From the NCBI RefSeq assembly GCF_009914755.1, contig NC_060928.1: 64,000 nt of DNA. One strand, 5' to 3'. Under the pieces are notes generated by a model. That model did not search any database, was not told where the DNA came from, and saw nothing but the letters and a program-made list of their open reading frames with translations. Positions 38,116 through 50,390 of the stretch are shown here, in pieces (position 1 is the stretch's first letter; every line of letters begins with the position of its first letter). The stretch is from the human T2T-CHM13v2.0 reference genome, Homo sapiens. The translations under genes were made by a program, and so were the position numbers.

Positions 38116-39329
38116 GTGGGACGTGCCAAGCCCCTAGTCTTCTGTGCCTCCACTTCCGCGGCTATAAAACACCCAACTCCCAGAGTCATTGTGAGGAGCC
38201 CTGGCAGGGGGAACGCATAGCCGTGCAGTAGCCTAGTGAGGGGTTCAGTCCCTCTCTCTATAGGGGCACTAATCTGGGGTGGGGAGGCTGTGGAAGCCAG
38301 CAGGAACCATCAAGGTGATCCCAGTGGTAGGGACACTCCGGGGTCTGTGTCTGCTGACAGCCACAGCGTCCTGTGTGCGAGAGTCCCAGTGAACAGCGCG
38401 TGAGAAAAGGAACTTCTTTTAGTCTGAGCGGGCCTCCTCTGCCAGGGGCGCTGCCATAGTCTGGGCTTAATGAGGCCTAAATCTGTCAACAGTGGAGGCT
38501 GCTGCTTGTGGTAAATATTTGGCGTCCAGCTCCATTTGGCATGGTTATATTTGCTCCATTGGGGGAAAAAATAACTCTCTGTTTGCCATGGTGATGGATT
38601 TGTCGTTCTCCAATTAGAAGTTGCCAGCAGCTGCAGGCAGAATTGCTTAATCTGCTTGTCTGTCCATCCATTCATCCACCCATCCACCCACCCACCCACT
38701 CATTCATTCATTTGTTCATTAGCTGACATCCCGAGATCTACTCTGCTAGGGAAGCAAGATGAACAGTGGAACCCGTAAGTCACAAACTGGCCGCATGGCC
38801 CTTGGCTTGTCATTTCCCCCTGCTCTGGGCCTCAGTGCTTCTTTCCCTAAAGGGCAGGTCCTTGTCACTGAACTGGTAGGGCTGTGGGGAGGCATAAATT
38901 AAACATCTTTAAAGGACATAGGCTGTGCATTGACTAGTAGCCCAATAAACGTTGCCGGAGACTGGATGTAGTCAGGGAGGGCTTCCTGGAGGTAGCAGAC
39001 CCTGAAACAGATGTCAAGGGAATAAGTAGACACTTGTCCCTCAATACACAGATACAAAACAACAAACAAATGAAACAAAGCAGCATAGGTAAGTGCCATA
39101 AATTAAAATGATACCAACCTATTAAGACATGTAGAAAGAGTGTAGGAAGATTTCCACAAAGGTCAGCTGGTTTTTACTAGACCCCTTGAGCCAGTAAATG
39201 AGCCAGCAGCTGTCACAGGAACCCCTCACTGTGATCAGTGGCAGGAGGTTGTGACTGTTAGAGTTGTGTTTCTGAGCATTTATTGGCTTCATCCAGAATT
39301 GTGGTATTTTAGACCCAACCTTTATCCTT

Positions 39330-40220
<891 letters not shown>

Positions 40221-40443
40221 GGGTAAAGTGGACTCACGACGGGTACAGGTGCAGGTGTCTGTCCGTGTCGCGTGTCTGCGAGCCTGGAGGAAGTGGTCCC
40301 GGCTGGGGTGTTTGGTTTGGTTTAGCCACCTGGGAGTGGGTGGGAGAAGCTTTGTGGTAAAAAATAAGATTGAATTTTAATAAAGCATGTAGGGAGGAAG
40401 GGAAGGGGGAGAAGGAGGGAGGGAAGGGGGTGAGGAGGGATGA

Positions 40444-40910
<467 letters not shown>

Positions 40911-42745
40911 TGATTATATAACCAGAAATAAAGCCACAGATCTATTTTTGTTGCATTTTTAAAAATGGCTGTAGCACGCATCAGTGCTCAGAGAAGAGGC
41001 CCAGAGGACTGAAATTAAACTCAATATTGATAAATAGGAGCAAAGAATACTGTGGAAAGAAAATAAAATAGACCAAAAAAGGGAAGGCTAAAATCTGGAG
41101 GGAGTGAGCAGAAGTTCTGGAGGGGGCCCGGCTGCAAGCTGCTTTCCCTGGGGACAAGGGTGGCTCGGGAGATGCAGCCACACTGTGAACCTCGCGGAGA
41201 CTGGGGCCACAGGGTCACGCTGCCTCGGCACGGCGACCTTTCGTGGGTAACCATTCATCTGAGTGCAGACAGCAAATTTCAGGGCTCAAACAGGAGATCA
41301 GTACCTGCTTCTGTACATAGAACAGAGTCAGTTACACGTGGCGGAAGAGACCCTGGGGCTGCCCAGGGCGGTGAGGCAGCCCACATTAGAGCTGGGAGCA
41401 TTCGCTGCCCCCCCAGAGCAAGGGGACAAAGGGAGATGGTGAGGTCCCTGCAGCCTGGGGGCCAGGGCCACCTAGCAGGAACTAGAATCAATGTGGGCCA
41501 CAGAGGGGATGGAGAGGGAGAAAGGGAGGGATACCCACAGCCTCTCTTCCCCCTGCTGGAGCCTCCCATTGTGGAGTCCGGTGGGAGTCCTGGGCCAGGC
41601 AGTCATAGGGGCCACTTGTAAGTGCTCAGCAGGCCGGAGCACAGAATGGGCTGGGGGCAGCAGGGGGATGACGGCACAGCCAGGACGCATGTGTTGCCCA
41701 TGAGACATTTCCATGTCCATACTCACCCGCACTCGCCACTCACGGGAGGACTCTGCGGTCGACGCTGGGGCCTCCATCATCCCCATTTTCCAGATGGGAA
41801 GTGCACAGCCCACAGGGGGCTGGGGTGAACCACCAGGAAGAAGGGGCCTTGTGGGGCGAGGAAGGCCACGTAGAGTGGGATGGAAGGAGCTGGTGTTGAG
41901 GGGAAGCCATTCTGCTGCCAGGCTATGCCCCATCTGGGCTCTGGAGAGAAGGCTGGGGTGGTTCAGCCTCCACCGCCCACCGGGGCTGTGTTCTGGGGCT
42001 TGGGGACCCACTGAGGATAGGCTCTGGCTCCTGTCTCAGGAGGGGCCCTGACATAGGGGGTTGGGGGTGGCCCCTTTGCCCCAGCTGTCCAAATCACAAG
42101 CTCCACAGGCAGCTGCTTCAGGGGCACGAAATTACATCTCTCTCAAAATACCCCTTTCTTTCTTCTAATTGCCATGAGTAGAATAATCCCACTCTGTCTT
42201 CTCTCTCACCCTTGACGGTGAATTTAATTTAATAGACTGTAACTGTGCTGCCTCTGATCTTTAAATGCCATGTTTATTTGCCTCGTTAGAATGGACTCGA
42301 TGATTGGAGAAAGTGTGGCGATGTCTTGTGAAGTGGGTTTTGACCTGCGCGGGTTTCGGCATTGCTGCCTCGGCAGTCCCAGATTGAAACCGATGTGGAT
42401 GCAAACGCCTTCCCTTCCCGTCGGGTGGAGCGGCCGGCGGGGCTGAGGCTCCCTCCGCTGAGTGTCCGGGTGGGTCCTGAACTGGAGAGTCCTGCGCCGG
42501 CCCCCGATTCGGGGTGAGCGCCCTGCCCTCCCCAGCTGTGGGCAGCCTTGTCCGTGTGGTGTCCTCCGAGCTGACTTACTCCAGGAGGGCGCCCTGTCCT
42601 GTCACCCGGCCGTCAGGGAAGGGCACTCCTCACACACCAGGTTGGCCAGGACAGCCGAGGTTAAAACCTGGCTTCATGGTTTCGGCCAGTTCCAGGTCCC
42701 CAGAGGACAGCGGCCATGGGCAGTGCAGCCAGGGAGGGGCAGTGC

Positions 42746-42936
42746 CCTGTTCTGTGCGCGGCATGTCCAGGAAATGCGACCCCGGGGCCAGCGGCTTGTT
42801 CTGTGCGCGGCATGTCCAGGAAATGCCACCCCGGGGCCGGCGCCTTGTTCTGGGTGCGGCATGTCCTGGAAATGCGACCCCGGGGCCGGCACCTTGTTCT
42901 GGGCGCGGCATGTCCAGGAAATGCGACCCCGGGGCC
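42746..42936. repeat. 49-bp CpG-rich minisatellite, ~4 copies
   Basis: Unit cttgttctgggcgcggcatgtccaggaaatgcgaccccggggccggcac; tgttct recurs at 42748, 42797, 42846 and 42895. Confidence 0.96.
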
Positions 42937-43479
42937 TGGGCACGTGCTGTTCGCCTTCCCAGATACCCGCATGGACCGACGCTTGCGCATCCAGGTCTCT
43001 GCTCAACGTCAGAGTGGAGCCTCCGGGCCACTCTGCACCCAACATCATGCTCTGTCCTCCTTTATTCACAGCACATTGGCCGCCTGACTTCACACTTTCC
43101 TCCTTTCTAACATCTGACTGTCCCGTAGTGGGCAGCGCCCCGGGAGCTGGTTACCTACCAGGGAGGTTCGAGGCCGGAACTAGGTCCCCTGCTTTCCCTG
43201 TGGTGGGGAAGAGAAGGCCACATATGGTCCCCAGACCTTTCTGTTGTGGGACGTCCACTCTTGACACTATCTCAGGGCGGAAGAGGATGAATGAGGGAGA
43301 GAATGGCTCACACAGAAATTCAGAGACATGTAGAGAAGGACAGATCAAGAGAGACAATGACAGACTACATCCACGCAGAGCCCTCCAAGTCACAGTGAGA
43401 TGGAGGAATGACACGCCCAGAGACATGGACATGGAGAAGTACAGGGACAGAATGACAGGCCAGACAGAGAGCCAGGTCT

Positions 43480-43805
43480 GTGCAGAGAGAGAGAGAAGGA
43501 GGGAGATGGATGGGAGGGGAGACACACACAAATACACAACTAGAGAGAGGGAGGGAGAGAGAGAGAGAGAGTGAGAGGTACACACAAAAAAAACCAGAGA
43601 TCCCTGCAGAGAGAGAGGGGGAGGGAGAGAGGGGCGGGGTTGGGGAGACACACACACACACACACACAGATACACACACAACTTGGGGGAGGGGGGGTGG
43701 AGAGAGAGACAGAGAAACAGAGAAAGAGACAGAGCAACAGAGAGACAGAGACAGAAGGCCCAGGGGTTGAAGAGAGAGTGAGCCTGGGGTGGGGGCAGAG
43801 AGATG
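43480..43805. repeat. GA-rich / (GA)n / (CA)n low-complexity region
   Basis: Directly visible. Confidence 0.9.
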
Positions 43806-44547
43806 GACGCTGGGTGCGTGTTTCTGCAGAGCTGGCCTGGGCGTGGCCCCGTGAAGGCCTATGGTACCTCTGGGGGCTGGGGACAGGTGGGGACAGGGCT
43901 GGGTGAAGGCTGCTGCAGCCTGTTTCCTCCTGTTGCTGAGAAAGCAGCTCCTCTGGCTTCCCCGTCTGGAATTCCAGCCTGTCAGCTGTCTGCTGCCCAC
44001 CCAGACGCTCAGATGCAGAAAATTCAGGCAAGCTTTGGCCTGGCCTGTTTCCAGTTAAGACTCTGTCTTCAGGGGGGAAATGTCCCTAATGGAAAGGAAA
44101 ACAGAACTGACATTACCCAGGGCCCAAATCCCACCCTTTCTCCCTTTGCAGGTCCTGGAGGGGCACGCGCTGCTGTGGGAGACACGGTGCCCTCCCCAGG
44201 AGGCAGCAGTGTGGACACCGCAGGTCTGTTCCTGCGCAATACACAGACAGAACACTGGTGCCTTTAGAATAGAAAAGTTGAGTCACATTCTGGAATCAAC
44301 CTAGTTAACAGGTCCTGGGATCTAGGAGACCACATCATGGCAGAAACAGATATCAGAGGTGAGCAGTTCTCCAGGCGGTGTCGTTAAGGGAGAGCATCTG
44401 AGAGGCTCGCACAGTCACTCATCAACCCATCAGCCATGCCCAAGGCATCTCTGTGGCCGCATCTCGAAGTCCAGCCCAGGGCCAGGCTCATAATAGCTAC
44501 CCAGTAATGGTGGGATTTGAGTTTGATCAATGGTTGGAAGAAAAAGC

Positions 44548-44653
44548 AAGGAATGGAAGGAGGGAGGGAGGGATGGAGGGAGGGAGGGAAGAAGGAGGGA
44601 AGAAGGAAGGAAGGAAAGAAGGGAGGGAGGGAGGAGGGGGAAGGGAGGGAGGA
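44548..44653. repeat. (GGAR)n polypurine repeat
   Basis: Directly visible. Confidence 0.92.
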
Positions 44654-45284
44654 CAGTCACTGAAGGAGGCAGGTAGGAAGTGTCCCTAGAGGGCTGGGGT
44701 GGCCAACCAGCAAGGAACCCTTAGTGCCACGGGTGCCACTCACTGGTCTACAGCATAGATCCTCCGGATTGGGCCCCTCCCCCAACCTCAGGCCCCCAGA
44801 CTCCATCCTTAACCTCTACTTCCCTCTGGCTTTCAACAGGCAGGACAGCAGAGAAGGCCTGCCCCTCCCCACCATACCCCTCCCCGCCCTGCTCAGTCCC
44901 ATCTCCTCCTCACTCCTGTCCTCGTGGGAGGAGTCAGCCGCCTCCTCACTATGGGGACCTCTGCTTGGCTCCACTCCCTCAGGTGTCACTGTCCTTGTGT
45001 GACCCCCACCAGTGGACACATGGGCCCCTTCATCTCTGTAAGGCCAGAAACCCTGCGGAGGGCAGCTTCCTTCCAAAGCCCAGGCTGCCCTGCGGGCCCT
45101 GCCCCTCCATGGCCTTGGAGCCGTATTTCTTCCTTTTTCTTGGCACATTTTCACACCTCCCTCCAGGCCGCAGGGGAAAGGAGAGGCTGTAGGAAAAGCC
45201 CACATCATTGTTCCTGGAATACAGGAGGTGCTCAAAGGACCATAACCACTGCCTTCTCTAAGGGCAGAAGGAGAGGGTCGCAGC

Positions 45285-45445
45285 CTGAAGAATCAGACAG
45301 ACCCAGGTACCCCTGCCTCACACTACTCGCTGTGGGATTCTGTGCAAGTCCTTTCGCCTCTCTGAGCCTCAGTTTTCGAATCTCTAGAATGGGACCGTAT
45401 GTAGCCATAATGTGAGAGAGCGCTACAGAAAATACCGTGCGCTAC
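45285..45445 (+). mobile_element. MIR fragment
   Basis: gaatcagacagacccagg...ctcgctgtg...gcaagtc...cctctctgagcctcagtttt...aatggg. Confidence 0.75.
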
Positions 45446-46879
45446 AGGTGTCAGTTACACATTAGACTGGGTTATTGCCGTGGATGAGTGGAAGCCATAG
45501 CCACAGCCCCCTGGCTCACTGGTCAACAGCTGGCAAAGCACCTGCCCCCCAACCCTGCAGAGGTGGGGCTGCTGGAAGAAGCTCCCCAGAGGGAAAACGG
45601 GGCTTCACCTTGGATTCAGGAGTGAGGGCTTGGCAGGGCCTGGAGTTTAGGATTCACCTGCAGCCCAGCCAGGACACTTGGCTCCTAAGCCAGGCCAGAG
45701 CCGGGACTGCTGGCCCCCATGTGGAGGTTGGTCCACAGCCTGGGTGCTGGGGAGCCAACAGAGACCCACTCGGTAGAAAGGGGGCAGGTCCTGCTGGTAG
45801 AATGAGGTTCCCTGGCCCTGAGGACTCCCACGTGCTTCCAGAGAGATGGATCCCTGCAGTACCCCAAACCCAGCGTTCTGCCTCCCACCTGCCCCAGATC
45901 CTCAGATCTGTGGCTGGAACAATCAATTCTGCCTGCTTGCTAAATGACAGCCTTCCTTGGGAACGACTTAACTCGTAATTTTCAAGCGCTTAAAGGCATC
46001 TTGTCATTATTTAACTCTCAAATGGGATTCTTAAGAATTGGAGAAATACGTTCTGCCAATTTCCCCGCCTTTGGTTTGCTTGCCTGGAGAGCAGAGCGCA
46101 TTAAGTTATTATGGTGCTGTGGCTGGAGGCGGGTGACGTGGTCGTGCAGAGACTGAATCAGGGCTGTGGAATGTGGGTGGCTTTCCCCGTACTTTTACTG
46201 TCATTTGTTGCCTTTATGGAGCCTGTTTGGGCATCGTGCGTGCATTTCAGCAAACTTTCACTGACTGCTTGGGCTGGGAGCCGAGGACACAGGTGGGGCC
46301 AGTGGACAGACCCACAAGCTGCAAGGGGTGGCTGATGTTGGAAGCTGGAGCCGACAGCTCCATGGCATGAAGCGGGGGCCACTCAGCAGGTCCAGACCAG
46401 GCCACAGCTATGGCCACCTGACTTGTGACCAGGGTTGCTGCGTACAGCATCGAAGGAAGGAAGACTTGACTAGGTGGTTCAGGCACCCTTGGGTGGGCCT
46501 GGCTCACACCTAATACAAAACCCAAAGGGAGCTGTCAGCAATTGGTCCTTCAGGGCGGGAAGAGGCTGCTGCTGCTTCCTGGGGTGTGGGGTGACCAGAC
46601 ACCAGCACTCCTGCCCCTGGGAACCTGACACTGTAGAGGGGCAGACAGATAATAGCAAAACAAAATCCAGGCCTGTTGTCAGGTAGCGATATGTGCTATG
46701 AATAGAGGCCAAGCAGAATCCCTGGTAGAGTCATGGCAGGGCTGGTTATAGAGTCATGGCAGGGCAGACACTGGCATGCAGTGAGGGGCTTCCCACGGGG
46801 TGTCTGGGAAGGAGAGGAGCACACGCAAAGGCCCTGAGGTGGGACCCTGTGTGGAGGTCACGTTTCCTGGGGTGTACAA

Positions 46880-47258
46880 TGGACAGTGCTTAACTTGAAG
46901 CAGTGATGTTGATGACACCATGAGGTACCTGCCAACCAGGGACACCCCTGTGAGCCTTGGTGTCGGGGTTTTTACTTCAGGTCAGTCACGTAGGCCCATG
47001 TGGCTGACCTTGATCTCAGCCCCTCCAGAGGTGAGGCTGTATGCCAGGCAGCTCAGGGCCCCCACCATCAATGGGACTGCTGGCATAGACTGTCCGCATG
47101 GCCTGGGGCCCTGGTAAGCAAAGCTACTCTTAACTGGCAGGATGTGTCCAAGGGCTCAGAGGTCACCCCCCAGGAATGGTCAGGGGCCAGCCAGCCTTTG
47201 GAATGTGAAGGGCATGGACAACCCAGACTTGTGGCGTTAGTTAACCCTTTACTGCTCA
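46880..47258 (-). mobile_element. MER21C-like ERVL LTR (second, partial copy)
   Basis: tgccaaccaggga...gagccttggtgtc...ggtcagtcacgtaggc...ccaagggctcagagg...ttggaatgtgaaggg...agttaaccctttt. Confidence 0.83.
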
Positions 47259-49929
47259 GCTGCCAGAGGCCTTCTGCTTCTGGGAGGGATGGGCAGGAAG
47301 GGGACCCACCACATCCCAGCCAGTCACTGTGTGGGGACGCTCCCTGCCTCTCACCCTGGAGATAACTCTGAGTGGGAGGCGTGGCTCCCTCCTCTGTACA
47401 GAAGGGACGCCTGAGGTCCAGTGAGTACAGTGGCCAGCTCAAGGTCACACAGCTTGTCACCATACTTCCTCCACGGGAGCCTGACATGGGCCTCGGGCAC
47501 GCACGGCTGTCTTGGAGTAATATCATTAACCATGGAGGTGCCCAGTGGGAGACTGGGTCAGGGGCGGATGAGGCCTTCCCTAGGGCTGGCCACCTGCTGG
47601 GGCTGGGCAGGGCACTGGAGCAGGTCTGCGAGCTCTGCTGGGTGGCCTTGGGCAAGCTGGTACCTTCTCAGAGCTGTAGCCTTGGCCCTGGGCCCTCCCA
47701 GCGCCTGGCACGAGGGCTCAGCGGGCAGCCGGATGGAGGAGGAGGAGCAGCTTCCTCAGCACATTGAGGAGGCCTGGACACCGTCCATCCTGCTGACTTC
47801 CCAGGCTGTGGGGCAGATGCTGCCGCTCGGAACCCACCCGTGCCCTGCAGACGTAAGCCTTTGCTATTGATTGCTTTTCTCTCCAGCAGCATTCACGGAC
47901 CAGTTTCTGCTGCATGCAAGGTGGGGGTGGGGCTCAGTCTGTTTCATCATCTTGACCATAGGTCAGAGTGGGGAATGATTTTCACATCTGCCCTGCAGCT
48001 CTCTGCCTAACACAGGCTGGAGTAGCCCTGGCAAAGAAACACTGACCTCAGGGCCAGGAGACCTCAGTTAAGATCACCCACGGGGCTGCTTGGTTGCCGT
48101 GTCACCTCGAGCAAGTGACTCCACTTCTCTGGGCCTGTGTCCTCACTCATGGGAGGGGTCCAATGGAGGCCCAGAAGTCTCAAGGGTGCTCTCGGCTCTC
48201 GCAGCAGGGTTTAGGGGCTGGGACCTCAAGTGGGCGTTAGCAGTACCCGTGATGGTGTCTGGGTGGGCACTGTGGTGCTCATTCATTTATTCATTCAAGC
48301 ATTCATTCCACCCGCATTTACCGGTACTCACTCCATGCTGGGCATTGGGCTGAGAGGTGGCTAGAGAGCTGGTCAGATGCAGTCCTGGTCCTCCTGGAGC
48401 TCACAGGCAGCTCCAAGGAGAGGAAATCCATCAATGATGAGACAGGCGTCACAGGTCATTTCAAGCATGCAGAAAGGGAATGAGAAGGCCCAGCTGGGCG
48501 TGGGGAGGGACGGCAGGCTTCTTGCTGTTGTTTTCACCTTCCTAAGGCTCTGCCTCTCCTCTCTGAACCTCCCTTCCCTCCCATCTGGCCTGTTATTAGG
48601 GGCTCTGGCTTCATCCTGAAGGTGCTGGGACCCTGCAGGTTGTTCAGAGGCTGATTTGCACCACGTGGGAGGAGAGGCACCTAGAGTGGGCTGAGGAACA
48701 GAGAACGCCGGGTGTTTGGCTGTTGCGTCTGCAGATTTTATCCGCTTGCAAAACACAGTTCCATGTGGGCAGGGACCTGGAGGGGTGGGGGCGGTGCTGC
48801 TTTTCCTTGGTGGAATGCCCTGGCCTTTTTATGCAGGACAGGCGTCGGGGCTGCACGGAGTCTGGGAGTGTGGGGAGAGGGTGCTTTCCAGGAACACGGC
48901 ATGAAGTTCCCAGAAGGAACTGGGCCACACTCATCCCCTGCCTGCAGCTGAACCAGGAAGGGAGCCTCCCCTTCTCGGCATGGTCCTAGCTGCCGTTGAA
49001 TTGTCACTCTCATCCACGTTTGCAGGTACAGGTGTGAGAAGTCTCCTCCCTCATCATCCCCTTCAGGCAGCAGCTACTGCTGAGGAGTTGGGGCCGCATG
49101 TTGTGAGGGCCCCATTCACAGCTCGGGAGCCAGGCTGCAGTGTTCAAGCTCAGCCCCTCTACCTCCTCCCTCCTCCTCTGGTTGGTGAGAATGTGCTAGT
49201 CCTCCGGCTGGGTGTTGAAGGGACTCAACGAGCTAACGCGTCCAGCATACCCAGCGCTTGGAAGTCGACACAGGCGTGACTGAGGGGATTTGTCATCGCC
49301 ATGATTACTACTACAGCCACCCGATTTACTGCTGTCTTTAGGAGTTTTCTGATCAGACACACTGAGGACACGCATGGTGATTATGTCTGTGGGTCAGTGT
49401 TAGTGTTAGCTAGTCAGTGTTGCCGTTGACTTATCCCTTGTTTTGGATTCCATAACATCTTCCCACTCAAAACTTTCAGCCGGGTTTCCACAATCGCACG
49501 ACTCGAAGCATCCTCTAAGCTTTCCAGAGAGGGGCAGTTGTTTGTGTTAATTGTGTCTTATTTCCTAATGAATTTTTGTATCTTATATGTAAATATTATC
49601 ATGCATGTTTTAAAGTAGAATTCCCTTTCAGATGGCTCTGACCTCATCTACTTGTGTCTTGGGCATTTTTTCCTTCTCTTTGAAAACACTCAATACGTCA
49701 TTTGGACTGCCTTCAGCAGAAACCGAATACAGTCAACAGTGCCTCGAAAAATCAGTTTAGAGTGTCAGATTCTATAATCTGCGAACTGGCATACGAAAAT
49801 GTTATCATTTTGTTCCAGGACCCCCTAAGAGTAAACGGAGGCTCTCCTTTGAAAAATATTGAGTTGTAAGAGTTACTTGGATCTAAGAAGACATTTTTTA
49901 AAAAGCTGCATGGAGGCTCAGAGCATCCC

Positions 49930-50390
49930 ACTGATGAGCCTCCCTCCTAGAGCTTAACCCTGGGAAATTACCCAGGACACAGAGGCTGGGGAGGAGTTAA
50001 AATAATGAAAATGTTGTTCACGAAGGGCACCATTGCTTGTCACAGCAATGAAGAGAAAAAAGTGGATTTCCACCACGCACAGCACGTGGTAGGCACTCTG
50101 TTTGCAGAACAGATTTGAAAAAGTTCAGCCTAAGGAATGACCTGTCAATAATGCCACACACGCTGGACGGAATATTACACAGCAGGCAGAACATGCTGAG
50201 TATTTTGTGATAAAATCAGAACACAGGTCTGTGTGTGCCTTGTAACTGAAATACTGCAAATATGCTCACACGGGGACCAGGGCTAGACAGGAACAGAGGA
50301 GGCAGTGGACCTGGTGGATGGTTAAGGTGCAGCTTCTTTTCTTCTTCTTAGCGTTGTTGTTCTCAATTGTTTCATTATTTTTAAAGGATT
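49930..50390 (+). mobile_element. Probable very old L1ME-type 3' remnant
   Basis: AT-rich, with weak L1 3' motifs (ggaatattacacagc, aaaatcagaaca, gtggatggtta); weak match only. Confidence 0.4.

Noticed and set aside
42462-43574. Longest ORF (370 aa)
   Set aside because: Runs through the 49-bp VNTR and GA-rich low complexity, uses a non-ATG start, and has no recognisable domain.
46726-46765. 17-bp direct repeat tagagtcatggcagggc at a 23-bp period
   Set aside because: Ordinary small slippage duplication within an L2-like remnant.
49005-49040. Possible recursive splice site (tttgcag|gtacag)
   Set aside because: Weak pyrimidine tract and a poor regenerated donor compared with the AG|GTRAG ratchet consensus.
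49280-49930. ORF-free AT-rich block as possible foreign insertion
   Set aside because: No coding, RNA-gene or terminal-repeat structure recognised; most likely decayed ancient repeat or unique intronic DNA.
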